This document shows, piece by piece, positions 1-8,941 of a DNA stretch of 64,000 nucleotides. Numbering within the stretch: the first letter of the stretch is position 1; each line of letters opens with the position of its first letter. The notes beneath the pieces were generated by a model. It ran no database searches. It saw nothing but the letters and a program-made list of their open reading frames with translations, and was not told where the DNA came from. This DNA comes from an uncultured Verrucomicrobiae bacterium (GTDB lineage: Bacteria > Verrucomicrobiota > Verrucomicrobiia > Limisphaerales > Palsa-1400): contig CAVPOM010000006.1 in assembly GCA_963707025.1 (NCBI GenBank), positions 608,001 to 672,000 of the forward strand, given 5' to 3'. The position numbers were made by a program, and so were the translations under genes.

Positions 1-1590
1 CGACTTGCCTATGGCGTAAGCCGCCTGGTTCATGGACCCGATGGTGCCCCGCCCGTTGGCCAAGGCCTGTTGATTGATCAGCGCCGTAAAGCCCGCCCAC
101 AACGGCGACGCCGCGCTCGTGCCGCCCACGGTTCCGCTTTGCCCGTCTTTAAGATACCAGAATAAAACCGTGTCCGCCAGAATGGACACGTCGGGGATAT
201 TGCGCTGGGCGGTCGAGCCGCCGATGGCGGACATGTTGATGCCAAGTTGATAGCCCGGAATGGGATAATGCGGGCTGATCCCGCCGCCGCTGCCACGCCA
301 GGTCGTTTCCGATTGCCACGGCCCGCCCGGGCTGCTCGTCGTCAGGGAAGTGCCGCCGACCGACGTGCAATTCGTGTCATCCGTCGGCGCAAAAATCGTT
401 TGCGATGCATTATAGGCCCCGCCGTCGCCGGAGGAGGAAAAGAACGACTGCCCTTGCATCGCCAACTGCTGCAATACCTGGCTCTGGCCCGATGGCGGCG
501 GATAATAGCCAAAGGAGCAACTGCATTGTTTGGCGAACCCATCCGAGGCCATGCGATCCAGGATGTCTATCGCGCTGTTGCCTTCATAGACGACCACCGA
601 CGCGCCCGGCGCCATCGAGATCGCCATGTCAATGTCCAGCGCCTCTTCGCCGTCATCCGTGCCGGCGGGGGCCACGCCGGTCAGGTTGTCCAGCAGGACA
701 TTGCTGATGACGATGTTGGCCGGCAGATGGGCATTGATTTCGTAAAGATACACGTCATTGGTAAAATAAGGACCGAACTCAAACAACCCAATGACCTGCC
801 CGTAGCCCGTGAGACCGACGCCCGCCGCGTAGGCATTAGGCAAATCGGAGCCAAAGAAATCTCCGCCCGGGCCCGAACCCGTCGCATAGGCCACCTCCTT
901 TGCATCCTGCCCTTTCACCACCAGATTCATCGGGCGCGGCGGCATGTAATCATCCAAGCCGCTCACCCCCAGGATCGGCAGATCGGCATCCACCGTCGGT
1001 TCGGCCTCGGGCGAATAGAAGGTGCGCGCCTCGGTCGGATGCTGATAAACCGCCAGCCTGATGTGAAACGCCCGCTCAATATCCGCCACCGCGCCGGCCG
1101 CGTCCACCAGCATGCGGTTTCCGTAAGTCCCCGTCACCGTCAGTCCCTGGGCCTGGGCAAAAGCGATCACCCTTTGATAATCCGCTTCGGTCGGTGCAAA
1201 GGCCGCCGCGAATTGCTCCGGCGCAAGCCACTGATGAAATTTCGGGCTGGCCGGGTCGTACAACTGCGCCAGCAGGTTGCTGAGCGCCCCCGGATTGCGC
1301 CAGGGCAAGGCGATGGCCAATTGCAGGCGTTTGGCGCCTTCCAGCCGCCCGGCCGCTTGCAGCTTCGTCATATCCATCGGCAGATGGCCGCGCAATATGC
1401 GCTGCTCTGCCGCACGCGCCGTCTGTGGGGCCAACAGCGTCCCAACCGCGCCCGCCGCGACCGCGAGCCACCCAAAAAAGTTCCGGCTGATCCTGCCATG
1501 CCGCTGGCGGGCGGGACACGCCGGTACGTCGGGCCGGGTCCCGACGACGAAAGCTGCATGACGGGGGAAACTCCATTGGTGCATGGTCAT
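1..1590 (-). CDS. S53 (sedolisin/kumamolisin) serine protease with pro-domain; runs off the left edge
   Basis: Not in the ORF track. Manual translation from ATG at 1590 gives pro-kumamolisin-like LAQLYDPASPKFHQWLAPEQFAAAFAP, then RNIPDVS and the catalytic VGGTSAASPLWAG, still in frame at base 1. Confidence 0.9.
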   Translation of the reverse strand, partial: MTMHQWSFPRHAAFVVGTRPDVPACPARQRHGRISRNFFGWLAVAAGAVGTLLAPQTARAAEQRILRGHLPMDMTKLQAAGRLEGAKRLQLAIALPWRNPGALSNLLAQLYDPASPKFHQWLAPEQFAAAFAPTEADYQRVIAFAQAQGLTVTGTYGNRMLVDAAGAVADIERAFHIRLAVYQHPTEARTFYSPEAEPTVDADLPILGVSGLDDYMPPRPMNLVVKGQDAKEVAYATGSGPGGDFFGSDLPNAYAAGVGLTGYGQVIGLFEFGPYFTNDVYLYEINAHLPANIVISNVLLDNLTGVAPAGTDDGEEALDIDMAISMAPGASVVVYEGNSAIDILDRMASDGFAKQCSCSFGYYPPPSGQSQVLQQLAMQGQSFFSSSGDGGAYNASQTIFAPTDDTNCTSVGGTSLTTSSPGGPWQSETTWRGSGGGISPHYPIPGYQLGINMSAIGGSTAQRNIPDVSILADTVLFWYLKDGQSGTVGGTSAASPLWAGFTALINQQALANGRGTIGSMNQAAYAIGKS

Positions 1591-1809
1591 AGGGACTCCT
1601 TAGGCTCAATCCAATATATTGCCGACTTCATTCATTGTAGTGGAAAATCCCGCTGTGCGCAATCCCCTTTTGAAGGAGCGTAATGCGATGCATCAGTGTC
1701 GGTAGGGCGAGACTCTGTCAAGCCGTGACTTTTTCGCACGAAATGGAGTTTCGCCTCGACGGCGTCTCCGGCCACCCCATGGCCAAGGCCTGGCGCGATG
1801 GGGGCGTTA

Positions 1810-2439
1810 TCAGGGAGTTTTGGGAACCAGCAGCACGAAGTCGCTGCGGCGGTTTTTGCTCCAGGCGGCTTCGGTGTGGCCGTCAACAGCGGGTTTGGCC
1901 TTGCCGTAGCTGACGGTGACAACCTGGCGGCCGTCCACCTGGAGGTTGATCAGGTATTCCCGAACGGCCAGCGCGCGCTTCTCGCCCAGGGACAGATTGT
2001 ATTTCTCGGTGCCGCGTTCGTCGCAGTTGCCTTCCACCCGCAGGGCGTCGGCCATGTGGCCTTTCAGGTAAGCGGCCACGTTCTCCAGCTTTTTGTCCTC
2101 GGTCTTCTTGATGGTGGCGCTGTCGAGGTCGAAATAAACGGTGTCCGACTTCAAGGTGGCGGCGTCTTCATCGTGCTCCTGGATGACCTTAGCCCAAGGA
2201 CCAGCATCCGGGTTGACAGGGTTGCCTTCGTCGGTTTTTGTGATCGTGCTCGGCGTTTCGACTTTGGCTCCGGGGGTTTCGTTGACTGGCGGTGGCGCAA
2301 TGGGTCTGTTGCTCTCGGGGAGCTGCGTAATGGCAACGCCTCGATGCGCACAGCCGGCCGAGCCGAGGGTTAAGGCCGCGCCGGCGAAAATTATACTCAA
2401 TAAGCTTGATGTTTTCATTGTCTCAAAATGGTTTGGCAA
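1810..2439 (-). CDS. pal: Peptidoglycan-associated lipoprotein (OmpA family)
   Basis: Lipobox SAGC, VYFDLDS, VEGNCDERGTEKYNLSLGEKRA, NRRSDF; last gene of the tol cluster. Start may be MKTSS a few codons downstream. Confidence 0.92.
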   Translation of the reverse strand: MPNHFETMKTSSLLSIIFAGAALTLGSAGCAHRGVAITQLPESNRPIAPPPVNETPGAKVETPSTITKTDEGNPVNPDAGPWAKVIQEHDEDAATLKSDTVYFDLDSATIKKTEDKKLENVAAYLKGHMADALRVEGNCDERGTEKYNLSLGEKRALAVREYLINLQVDGRQVVTVSYGKAKPAVDGHTEAAWSKNRRSDFVLLVPKTP

Positions 2440-2448
2440 AACTGTTCC

Positions 2449-3600
2449 TCACCTTGCCCAAGCAGGCTGGGAACAGCTTCCCGAAAGCTGACCGATATCC
2501 TTGACGTGTTTTGTCGGCACGTCAAGCAAGGACAGAACCGGATTGTGATTAACTTGCCGGGTGAAGATGACCGTGCGGGAATTGGGCGCCCAGCACGGGT
2601 CTTCACCAGCAACCAATTGTTCGGCCTCGCCGCCCGTGGCCGGCGTGATCCATAAAGTGAAATACCCGCTGCCGGAGGTAAAAATGATCTTCTTGCCGTC
2701 CGGCGACCAGTCCGGCGAAGTGAGATTGCCAAAAGTCCCGGTGCGCAACTCCTCCGCTTTGCCGCCATAGACGCTGATCTTGCGCAGGGAGGCGCGCCCG
2801 GAACGGACCACGTAGCAAATTTGCCGGCCATCGGGCGACCAGGTGGGGGAGGAAGCCTCGTCGCGCTCATGGGTCAGTTGTTTCAAATTGCCGCCGTCGC
2901 TGTCGCAGACGTAGAGATTGGGGCTGCCGCCTTTGCTCAGGATCATGGCGACTTTGCTGCCATCGGGGGAAACGGCCGGATTGAAGTTGCCGCCGCCGAA
3001 GCCGGCGAACAGGGCGCGCTGGCCGCTGGCGGCATCGTGTTCCAGGATTTGGGTGTAGCCGCTTTTCCAGGAGGTGTAATAGAGTTTTCGTCCGCCCGGC
3101 GACCAGGCAGGGGTGGCGACCAAAGAGGCGTCGTGGGTCATCTGCACCGGGTCATGGCCGTCGAAATCGGAGACGAACAGTTCCAGGTTGGCGCCCACCT
3201 TGCGGCAGAAGGCGATTTTGCTGTGAAAAATGGGCGGCGTGTCGCGGATGACTTTCACGATGTCATCGGCAAAGGCGTGGGCTTGGGAGCGAGTGGTGCC
3301 GCCGTTATAGAGGCGGGCGAAACCGCCGCTGCCAGCGCCGGCGGGTTGCAAGCGCCCATCCAGCCGGCCATTTTGCGTGCCGCTGATCAAATACTCCGCC
3401 TTGTCGGGCGTGGTCAGTTCCAGTCCCAAAACCGACAAATCGAATTTCAGGACCGATTCGGCCTCGCCGGTGAAGCCGCTGATGGAAATGGGGATGAGCC
3501 GCGTGGCAGTGTTGGTTCTGTTAATTTCAATGGGCTGGGCCAGCCCGCTCAGGGCGCAACTGCACAGGAATGCGAGTATAAAGTCAGGTGATTTTTTCAT
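2449..3600 (-). CDS. tolB: TolB beta-propeller protein
   Basis: Repeated PD40 motifs (PAWSPGG, PAVSPDG, PTWSPDG, PDWSPDG) and AHAFADDIV; lies between tolA and pal. Confidence 0.92.
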   Translation of the reverse strand: MKKSPDFILAFLCSCALSGLAQPIEINRTNTATRLIPISISGFTGEAESVLKFDLSVLGLELTTPDKAEYLISGTQNGRLDGRLQPAGAGSGGFARLYNGGTTRSQAHAFADDIVKVIRDTPPIFHSKIAFCRKVGANLELFVSDFDGHDPVQMTHDASLVATPAWSPGGRKLYYTSWKSGYTQILEHDAASGQRALFAGFGGGNFNPAVSPDGSKVAMILSKGGSPNLYVCDSDGGNLKQLTHERDEASSPTWSPDGRQICYVVRSGRASLRKISVYGGKAEELRTGTFGNLTSPDWSPDGKKIIFTSGSGYFTLWITPATGGEAEQLVAGEDPCWAPNSRTVIFTRQVNHNPVLSLLDVPTKHVKDIGQLSGSCSQPAWAR

Positions 3601-4454
3601 CCGGCGTCTTGTTTGGTTTCGAGGTTGAATCTGATGATAAAGCTCCGTTCGGCATCCGGCGCGTTGGTGGGGAAGGGGGGCAATTGTTTGACGGCATCCA
3701 GCGCGCGCTGCACGGAGCGGTCCACGGCGGCATCGCCCGACTTGTTGACGAATTCGGAGGAAGCAACCGTGCCGTCCCGCAGAACCACGATTTTGACATC
3801 CGCCACCGCCAGTTTGCGGGCGGTTTCTTCGGGGGTTTTCCAGGCCTGATAATAGGCGTTGAAAACAGCGGTGCGGTAGTTGACGAACGCTTCCCCGCCG
3901 TTTTCTCCTGGCAGGGCCAGGACCTTGTCGCTGGGTTCTTTGCTGTGGATTGTGGAATTCAACTCAGCAAAGATATTGGACATCTCCTGCGAGCGTTTCC
4001 GGCTGGCTTCCTGCGCCGCGGCCTGCGCCTGGGCTGAGGACTCGGTCGTCTTGGGTGGCGGTTTGTTGGAATGAGCAACCTGGGTGAGATCCACTTTGAT
4101 CGCACGCCTTCCCGGAGCCAGTTCCGGGGCCGCCTTTTCGGCCGGGGCGCTGCGCGGCGGCGGCTTGGGCGCGGTCCGGGCCGCGGGCCTGGGCGGTTCG
4201 GCCAAACGCGGCTGAGGAGTTACCGGGGGTGCGGCGCGGGTGGCGGGCGGGGAAGGCTGGGGTTTGACGGAGGCGGGAACGGGTTGGCCACCGACACCGG
4301 CACGATCCAATATATTGGCGGGCAGAAAGGTCAGCACCTGTTCGGTGGTGATGGCCGGCTCGGAGCGGAAAGCGGCGGTGGCCAGAAAAGCAACCGCCGT
4401 CAGGCCATGTAAACTGGCCGAGGCCACCAGACATTTCTTTTGCAGGCGTGTCAT
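3597..4454 (-). CDS. tolA: TolA/TonB-family energy transducer
   Basis: N-terminal TM with SASLH (SHLS-like), Pro/Ala-rich linker, TonB_C-like end (SGDAAVDRSVQRAL); ATG overlaps the tolR stop (ATGA). Confidence 0.8.
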   Translation of the reverse strand: MTRLQKKCLVASASLHGLTAVAFLATAAFRSEPAITTEQVLTFLPANILDRAGVGGQPVPASVKPQPSPPATRAAPPVTPQPRLAEPPRPAARTAPKPPPRSAPAEKAAPELAPGRRAIKVDLTQVAHSNKPPPKTTESSAQAQAAAQEASRKRSQEMSNIFAELNSTIHSKEPSDKVLALPGENGGEAFVNYRTAVFNAYYQAWKTPEETARKLAVADVKIVVLRDGTVASSEFVNKSGDAAVDRSVQRALDAVKQLPPFPTNAPDAERSFIIRFNLETKQDAG

Positions 4455-4873
4455 GGGGTTCGGGCCGGGGCGGTGTGGAGGATGAAATTGGTAATATGAT
4501 TGCGCATGCAAGCATCCGTCAGGCGAAAGTAATAATTGAATTGGACGCTTTTGTCGGCGCGGATGTCCACGATTAACTTGGGGTTGTCGCGGAACGCCTT
4601 GACCAGTTCGGTTTCCACCTGGGTCAAGGCCAGATGCTTGCCGTCCAGCCAATAGCCGCCGTCGGCCCGGACCTCAACCACATGCACGCTGTGGCGGTCA
4701 ATGGTTTTGGCTTCCCGGAGCGTGGATTCAGGCAGTTGAATCTTGACGTGCCCTTCCAGCATGGGCCGGGTAATGACGAAAATGATGAGCAGGACGAAGG
4801 CCAGATCAAGCAGGGGCGTAATGTTGATTTCGCTCAAAGTCACCAGAGAATTGCGTTGGGAGAAGCGACGCAT
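4451..4873 (-). CDS. tolR: TolR/ExbD biopolymer transport protein
   Basis: EINITPLLDLAFVLLIIFVIT and IRADKSV motifs. Confidence 0.88.
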   Translation of the reverse strand: MRRFSQRNSLVTLSEINITPLLDLAFVLLIIFVITRPMLEGHVKIQLPESTLREAKTIDRHSVHVVEVRADGGYWLDGKHLALTQVETELVKAFRDNPKLIVDIRADKSVQFNYYFRLTDACMRNHITNFILHTAPARTP

Positions 4874-4874
4874 G

Positions 4875-5585
4875 TCATTCCTCCTTTAAATACTCGATTT
4901 CCATTTTCGTAACCAATTCCTGGGCAAAATTGTCCAGTTCCACCGTCTGCACCCGCAGGCGGTGAACCAGATAATTGTAGCCGAACATGGAGGGAATGGC
5001 CACCACCAAACCGGCCACCGTGGTGATCAAGGCGGCCGAAACGCCGGGGGCCATGGTCTCCAGGGCGGCGCTTTGCTGCTGGCCGACCATGGCGAAGGTG
5101 TCCATCACGCCCCAGACGGTGCCGAGCAACCCCAGAAACGGGCCGCCGCTGACCGCGCTGGCCAGGAGAATCAAGCCGGCTTCCAGTTTGATGGACTCGC
5201 GGGCCACCGCGCTTTCCAGGGTGCGTTTGATGTGCTCCATGCCTTTGAGGGTGAGGCGGGGCTGGCGCTGGCCGCCGCCGGATTTGAGCCGGGCATCCAA
5301 TTCCACGCAGCCCTCCTGATAGACGGCAAAAAACGGGCAGCCGAAGACCTCCAGGCGGCGGTCGAAGATGCCGAGCACCTCCTTTTGGGCGCGGAACTCG
5401 GAATCGAAGTACTGATTGAGCTTTTTGGCGCGGCGCATTTGCAGGCCCTTGAAGACCATCATATACCAGGCGAAAATGGAGAACAGGGCCAGGACAACCA
5501 GGATGACGCGCGCCTCCACCGTGGCCCGCGACAACACAAAATGCAATTGTGTCTCGGCGAAAAAACTAACGGGAACATTCATCAA
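4875..5585 (-). CDS. tolQ: TolQ/ExbB/MotA proton channel
   Basis: PFLGLLGTVWGVM and APGVSAALITTVAGLVVAIPS motifs. Confidence 0.9.
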   Translation of the reverse strand: MMNVPVSFFAETQLHFVLSRATVEARVILVVLALFSIFAWYMMVFKGLQMRRAKKLNQYFDSEFRAQKEVLGIFDRRLEVFGCPFFAVYQEGCVELDARLKSGGGQRQPRLTLKGMEHIKRTLESAVARESIKLEAGLILLASAVSGGPFLGLLGTVWGVMDTFAMVGQQQSAALETMAPGVSAALITTVAGLVVAIPSMFGYNYLVHRLRVQTVELDNFAQELVTKMEIEYLKEE

Positions 5586-5861
5586 TCAACATCCGCCGCA
5601 GCCCCGGGGCTGCCGCGTCTCATCGGTGTAACGTGGAGGAATGAAATGGTCAAATTATTCACGTTCCACCGCAATTCCGACCATCTGGGCGCCATACTAA
5701 TCGAAAGAATTCTTTTGGCAACAACAATTCGCGAAGTATTTCAAATTATTTTCACGAGGCAAAACAACGGCCCTGATGCCGCGCCCGGCCCCCGGGCCGG
5801 ACTGAGGCCACGGGCAACCCGGTTTTGCCGCAACCCCGAAGGGAACCTCGGCAAAACGCCT

Positions 5862-5886
5862 GTAGCGGCGGTCTATGACCGCCGCT
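5862..5886 (+). repeat. GTAG-type REP palindrome
   Basis: GT-AGCGGCGGTC-TAT-GACCGCCGCT: GTAG tetranucleotide leading into a perfect 10-bp stem, intergenic. Confidence 0.6.
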
Positions 5887-5955
5887 GTAATCGTGAGCGC
5901 GCGTTTTGCAGAGGTCCCCTCAGGTGTTGCATCTCTCCTTCCGGCGCCCGCCGCC

Positions 5956-6858
5956 TCAATCGCTTTTCAGGTTCCTCACAAAAAAATCATACAGCCGGTC
6001 CAATTCCTCCCGCTCGCGAAAGGCCGCCCCGCCGTGCCCGCCGCCGGCAACGACGTGAAAAATGACGGGCACGCCCGCTTTTTGCAGCGCCTCCGCCAAC
6101 GCCCGGCTTTGCTCCAGCGGCACCACAGGATCTTTGTCGCCGTGCATGATCAAAAACGGCGGGGCCTCCTTTGTGATGTAGCCAATGGGATTGGCGCGCG
6201 CCGCCTTCTCCGCGTTCTGCGCGATGGGGCCGCCAAGCAATCGTGATTCGGGCGAATCCGGCGCGGCATGATTGATGTCGCTCGGATACTTTGTGATCTG
6301 CGCCAAATCCGTCGGCCCGAAGCAGTCGCAGACGGCCTGGACGCGGCTGGAAACGCCCGGATTATCGCCTTGGTCAAATTCCTTCACTCCGCCGGTGGTG
6401 CCGAGCATGGCGGCCAGGTGCCCGCCGGCCGATGCGCCCCAGACGCCGATGCGATTGGGATCAATTCCATGTTCCGCCGCATGTGCCCGCAACCAGCGAA
6501 TGGCCGCTTTGCAGTCCAGCAATTGGGCGGGGAAAATGGCCTCCTGGCTGAGCCGGTAATTGATGCTGGCCAACGCGAAGCCATGAATCAGGAAGCGCAG
6601 GCCGGGCGGTTGTTCTTTGCTGCCTTCCATCCAGCCGCCGCCATGAATCCAGACAATCAGGGGCCAATTCGTTCCGCTGGCGGGAAGGTAGAGGTCCAGC
6701 TTCTGGTTCCCGGTGCCGTTGGCGACATAGGCGATATTGGTCAACATTCGGGCGCCGGGCGGCAGTTCTTGCGGCGCGTCCTGCCTGGGCGCATCGGCCG
6801 CGCGCCCGGACCACGCCAGCAAGGCGGCCAGACAGAAAGCGCCGCGAGCATTTTTCAT
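5956..6858 (-). CDS. Secreted alpha/beta-hydrolase (HSL/BD-FAE-like esterase)
   Basis: IHGGGW oxyanion motif, GASAG nucleophile, HGDKDPVVP, GGGHG; signal peptide from MKNARG. Confidence 0.88.
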   Translation of the reverse strand: MKNARGAFCLAALLAWSGRAADAPRQDAPQELPPGARMLTNIAYVANGTGNQKLDLYLPASGTNWPLIVWIHGGGWMEGSKEQPPGLRFLIHGFALASINYRLSQEAIFPAQLLDCKAAIRWLRAHAAEHGIDPNRIGVWGASAGGHLAAMLGTTGGVKEFDQGDNPGVSSRVQAVCDCFGPTDLAQITKYPSDINHAAPDSPESRLLGGPIAQNAEKAARANPIGYITKEAPPFLIMHGDKDPVVPLEQSRALAEALQKAGVPVIFHVVAGGGHGGAAFREREELDRLYDFFVRNLKSD

Positions 6859-6967
6859 AATTCCAATCATAAGATGCATTATTTCATGCTTTCGGTTTCT
6901 CTGCAAGTGGTCGCTGGAGTCGCCAGCGTCCTCCTATGAGAACCAGCGACGACTTGGGCAGCGTTTC

Positions 6968-7077
6968 GGGGAGCGCACGCGCCCTCGCGTGCAGTCAGCG
7001 ACGCCCTCGTCGCTGACATCGGTCATTGGGTTCAGCGAAGGCGCTGAACCCGGCACGCGAGGGCGCGCGCGCTCCCC
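6968..7077. repeat. REPIN-like composite palindrome
   Basis: GGGGAGCGCACGCGCCCTCGCGTG ... CACGCGAGGGCGCGCGCGCTCCCC enclosing two inner hairpins (GTCAGCGAC/GTCGCTGAC and GGGTTCAGCG/CGCTGAACCC). Confidence 0.7.
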
Positions 7078-7109
7078 AAATTGGCCGCTGCCGCGGAGGG
7101 GAGCACTGC

Positions 7110-8408
7110 TCACCTCAGCCACGAGGGGATTTTTTCGGCGGCCCAAATCTCTGTCACGCGCTGCCGGCGGCGCACCAGGGCCGACTTGGCCCCGTCCACT
7201 AAAACTTCAGCGGCCAGCGGGCGGGCGTTGTAGTTGGAGGCCATGACGAAACCGTAGGCCCCGGCGCTGAGCAAGGCCAGCAGATCGCCCTCCGCCACCG
7301 CCGGCAGGAGGCGGTCCTTGCAAAAGAAATCCGCCGATTCGCAAATCGGGCCAACCACGTCGCAGGAAACCAGCCGGCCGCGGCGTTGGTTGACCGGAAC
7401 AATTTCGTGGTAGGCATCGTAGAAGGCCGGCCGGATGAGGTCGTTCATGGCCGCGTCCACGATGATGAAGTTCTTCCGGCCGGTCTTCTTCACGTATTCG
7501 ACCCGGGTGACCAGGATGCCGGCGTTGCCGGTGATGAAGCGTCCCGGCTCGATCAAGATTTTCAAATCCAGCGGCTGGAGCAGGGGTAGCAGGCTCGCGG
7601 CGTAAAGGGCCGGGGTCAGAATATCCTTGGCGCCAGGCCCCGACCACCACCCCGGCGCGCCGCTGGCCAGGGCCGGGTCATAGACAATGCCCAGCCCGCC
7701 CCCGATGCTGAAAAACTCCAAAGCATGCCGGGCGGCCAGGATGGCGACCAGCGGCAGCACTTTCCTGACCGCCTTGGCGAAGGGCTGGACCTGGGTCAAT
7801 TGCGAGCCGATGTGCATCTGCACCCCGCGCCAGCGCAGGTTTCTCAACCGGGCGCCGCGGGCATATACTGCCTCCACCTCCTCCAGCGCGATGCCGAATT
7901 TATTTTCGTAAGTGCCCGTCGTGATTTTGGCGTGGGTGTGGGCGTCCACGTTGGGATTGACGCGCACGGCGACCGGGGCGATTTTTTTCAACTTGGCGGC
8001 GATGCGGTTGAGGCGGGCCAGTTCCGGCTCGCTTTCGGCGTTGAAACAATAAATTCCCTGGCGCAAGGCGAACTGGATTTCCTCCTCCCGCTTGCCCACG
8101 CCGGCGAAAACGCAGGCGCGCGGGTCGCCGCCGGCGGCCAGGACGCGCCGCAATTCGCCCTCGCTGACGATGTTGAAGCCGCTGCCCAGATTGGCCAGGG
8201 TGCGCAGGACGGCCAGATTGGAATTGGCTTTCATGGCAAAGCAGATGCGGTGGTCCAGCGGGCGCAGCGCGGCGTCCAGGCGGGTAAAATGATCCGTCAG
8301 CGTCCGGCGGGAATAGATATACAGCGGCGTGCCGTATTTGCCGGCCAGCGCGCCCACCGGGACTCCTTCGCAAAAGAGCCGGCCATTCCGGTAACGAAAT
8401 GAATGCAT
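7110..8408 (-). CDS. lysA: Diaminopimelate decarboxylase
   Basis: FAMKANSN (PLP lysine), HIGSQ, GGGLG, EPGRF, GPICESAD, GAYGFVMASNYN. Confidence 0.96.
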   Translation of the reverse strand: MHSFRYRNGRLFCEGVPVGALAGKYGTPLYIYSRRTLTDHFTRLDAALRPLDHRICFAMKANSNLAVLRTLANLGSGFNIVSEGELRRVLAAGGDPRACVFAGVGKREEEIQFALRQGIYCFNAESEPELARLNRIAAKLKKIAPVAVRVNPNVDAHTHAKITTGTYENKFGIALEEVEAVYARGARLRNLRWRGVQMHIGSQLTQVQPFAKAVRKVLPLVAILAARHALEFFSIGGGLGIVYDPALASGAPGWWSGPGAKDILTPALYAASLLPLLQPLDLKILIEPGRFITGNAGILVTRVEYVKKTGRKNFIIVDAAMNDLIRPAFYDAYHEIVPVNQRRGRLVSCDVVGPICESADFFCKDRLLPAVAEGDLLALLSAGAYGFVMASNYNARPLAAEVLVDGAKSALVRRRQRVTEIWAAEKIPSWLR

Positions 8409-8634
8409 TCCTTTTGGTTAAGGCTTAACGTCCAAATGATAAAGCGCAAAATTGTAATGCGTCAGAAGCTGTGAAAAAATTGAAAACGACCCAAATTCAT
8501 TTTCTTCTCCACCTGGGCTTGACAAAAATTAGAACCTATGGTTGAATTGTCAGCGTGAGACACGTAGGCACAGTCCAAGGCCGCATCCGGGAGGATGCGC
8601 CCAGCGCAGGCCCGGCGGCCGCGGAGATTGATCC

Positions 8635-8658
8635 GGCAAGTTGACCTTGCCATTTTTT
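8635..8658 (+). terminator. Intrinsic terminator-like hairpin
   Basis: GGCAAG-TTGAC-CTTGCC followed by ATTTTTT. Confidence 0.55.
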
Positions 8659-8941
8659 ATGCTCGCAGCATCGAAAAATCGCATGTTTCCGCGGCTTCCG
8701 CGCCTCTTTGCCAAAAATCAATGGAACTGCCTTCCCATGAACCGTTTACGCTCCAAACTGGAGCTGTTTCCAAGCAAACCCACAAGCCAAATCAAGCCTA
8801 ATCAAGGTAATTTTCTGAAACTGCCATGCCCAGCACTCCATCACTCCATCCGCAGTTCCGGTCCGGCTTTTGCGGGTTTTTCGCGGATGCTTCCCATTTA
8901 TCATTTAGCATTTATCCTTTATCATTTTCCCCTGTGATGCC

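Noticed and set aside
247..1683. 478-aa plus-strand ORF
   Set aside because: Antisense shadow of the S53 protease; Arg-rich with no motifs.
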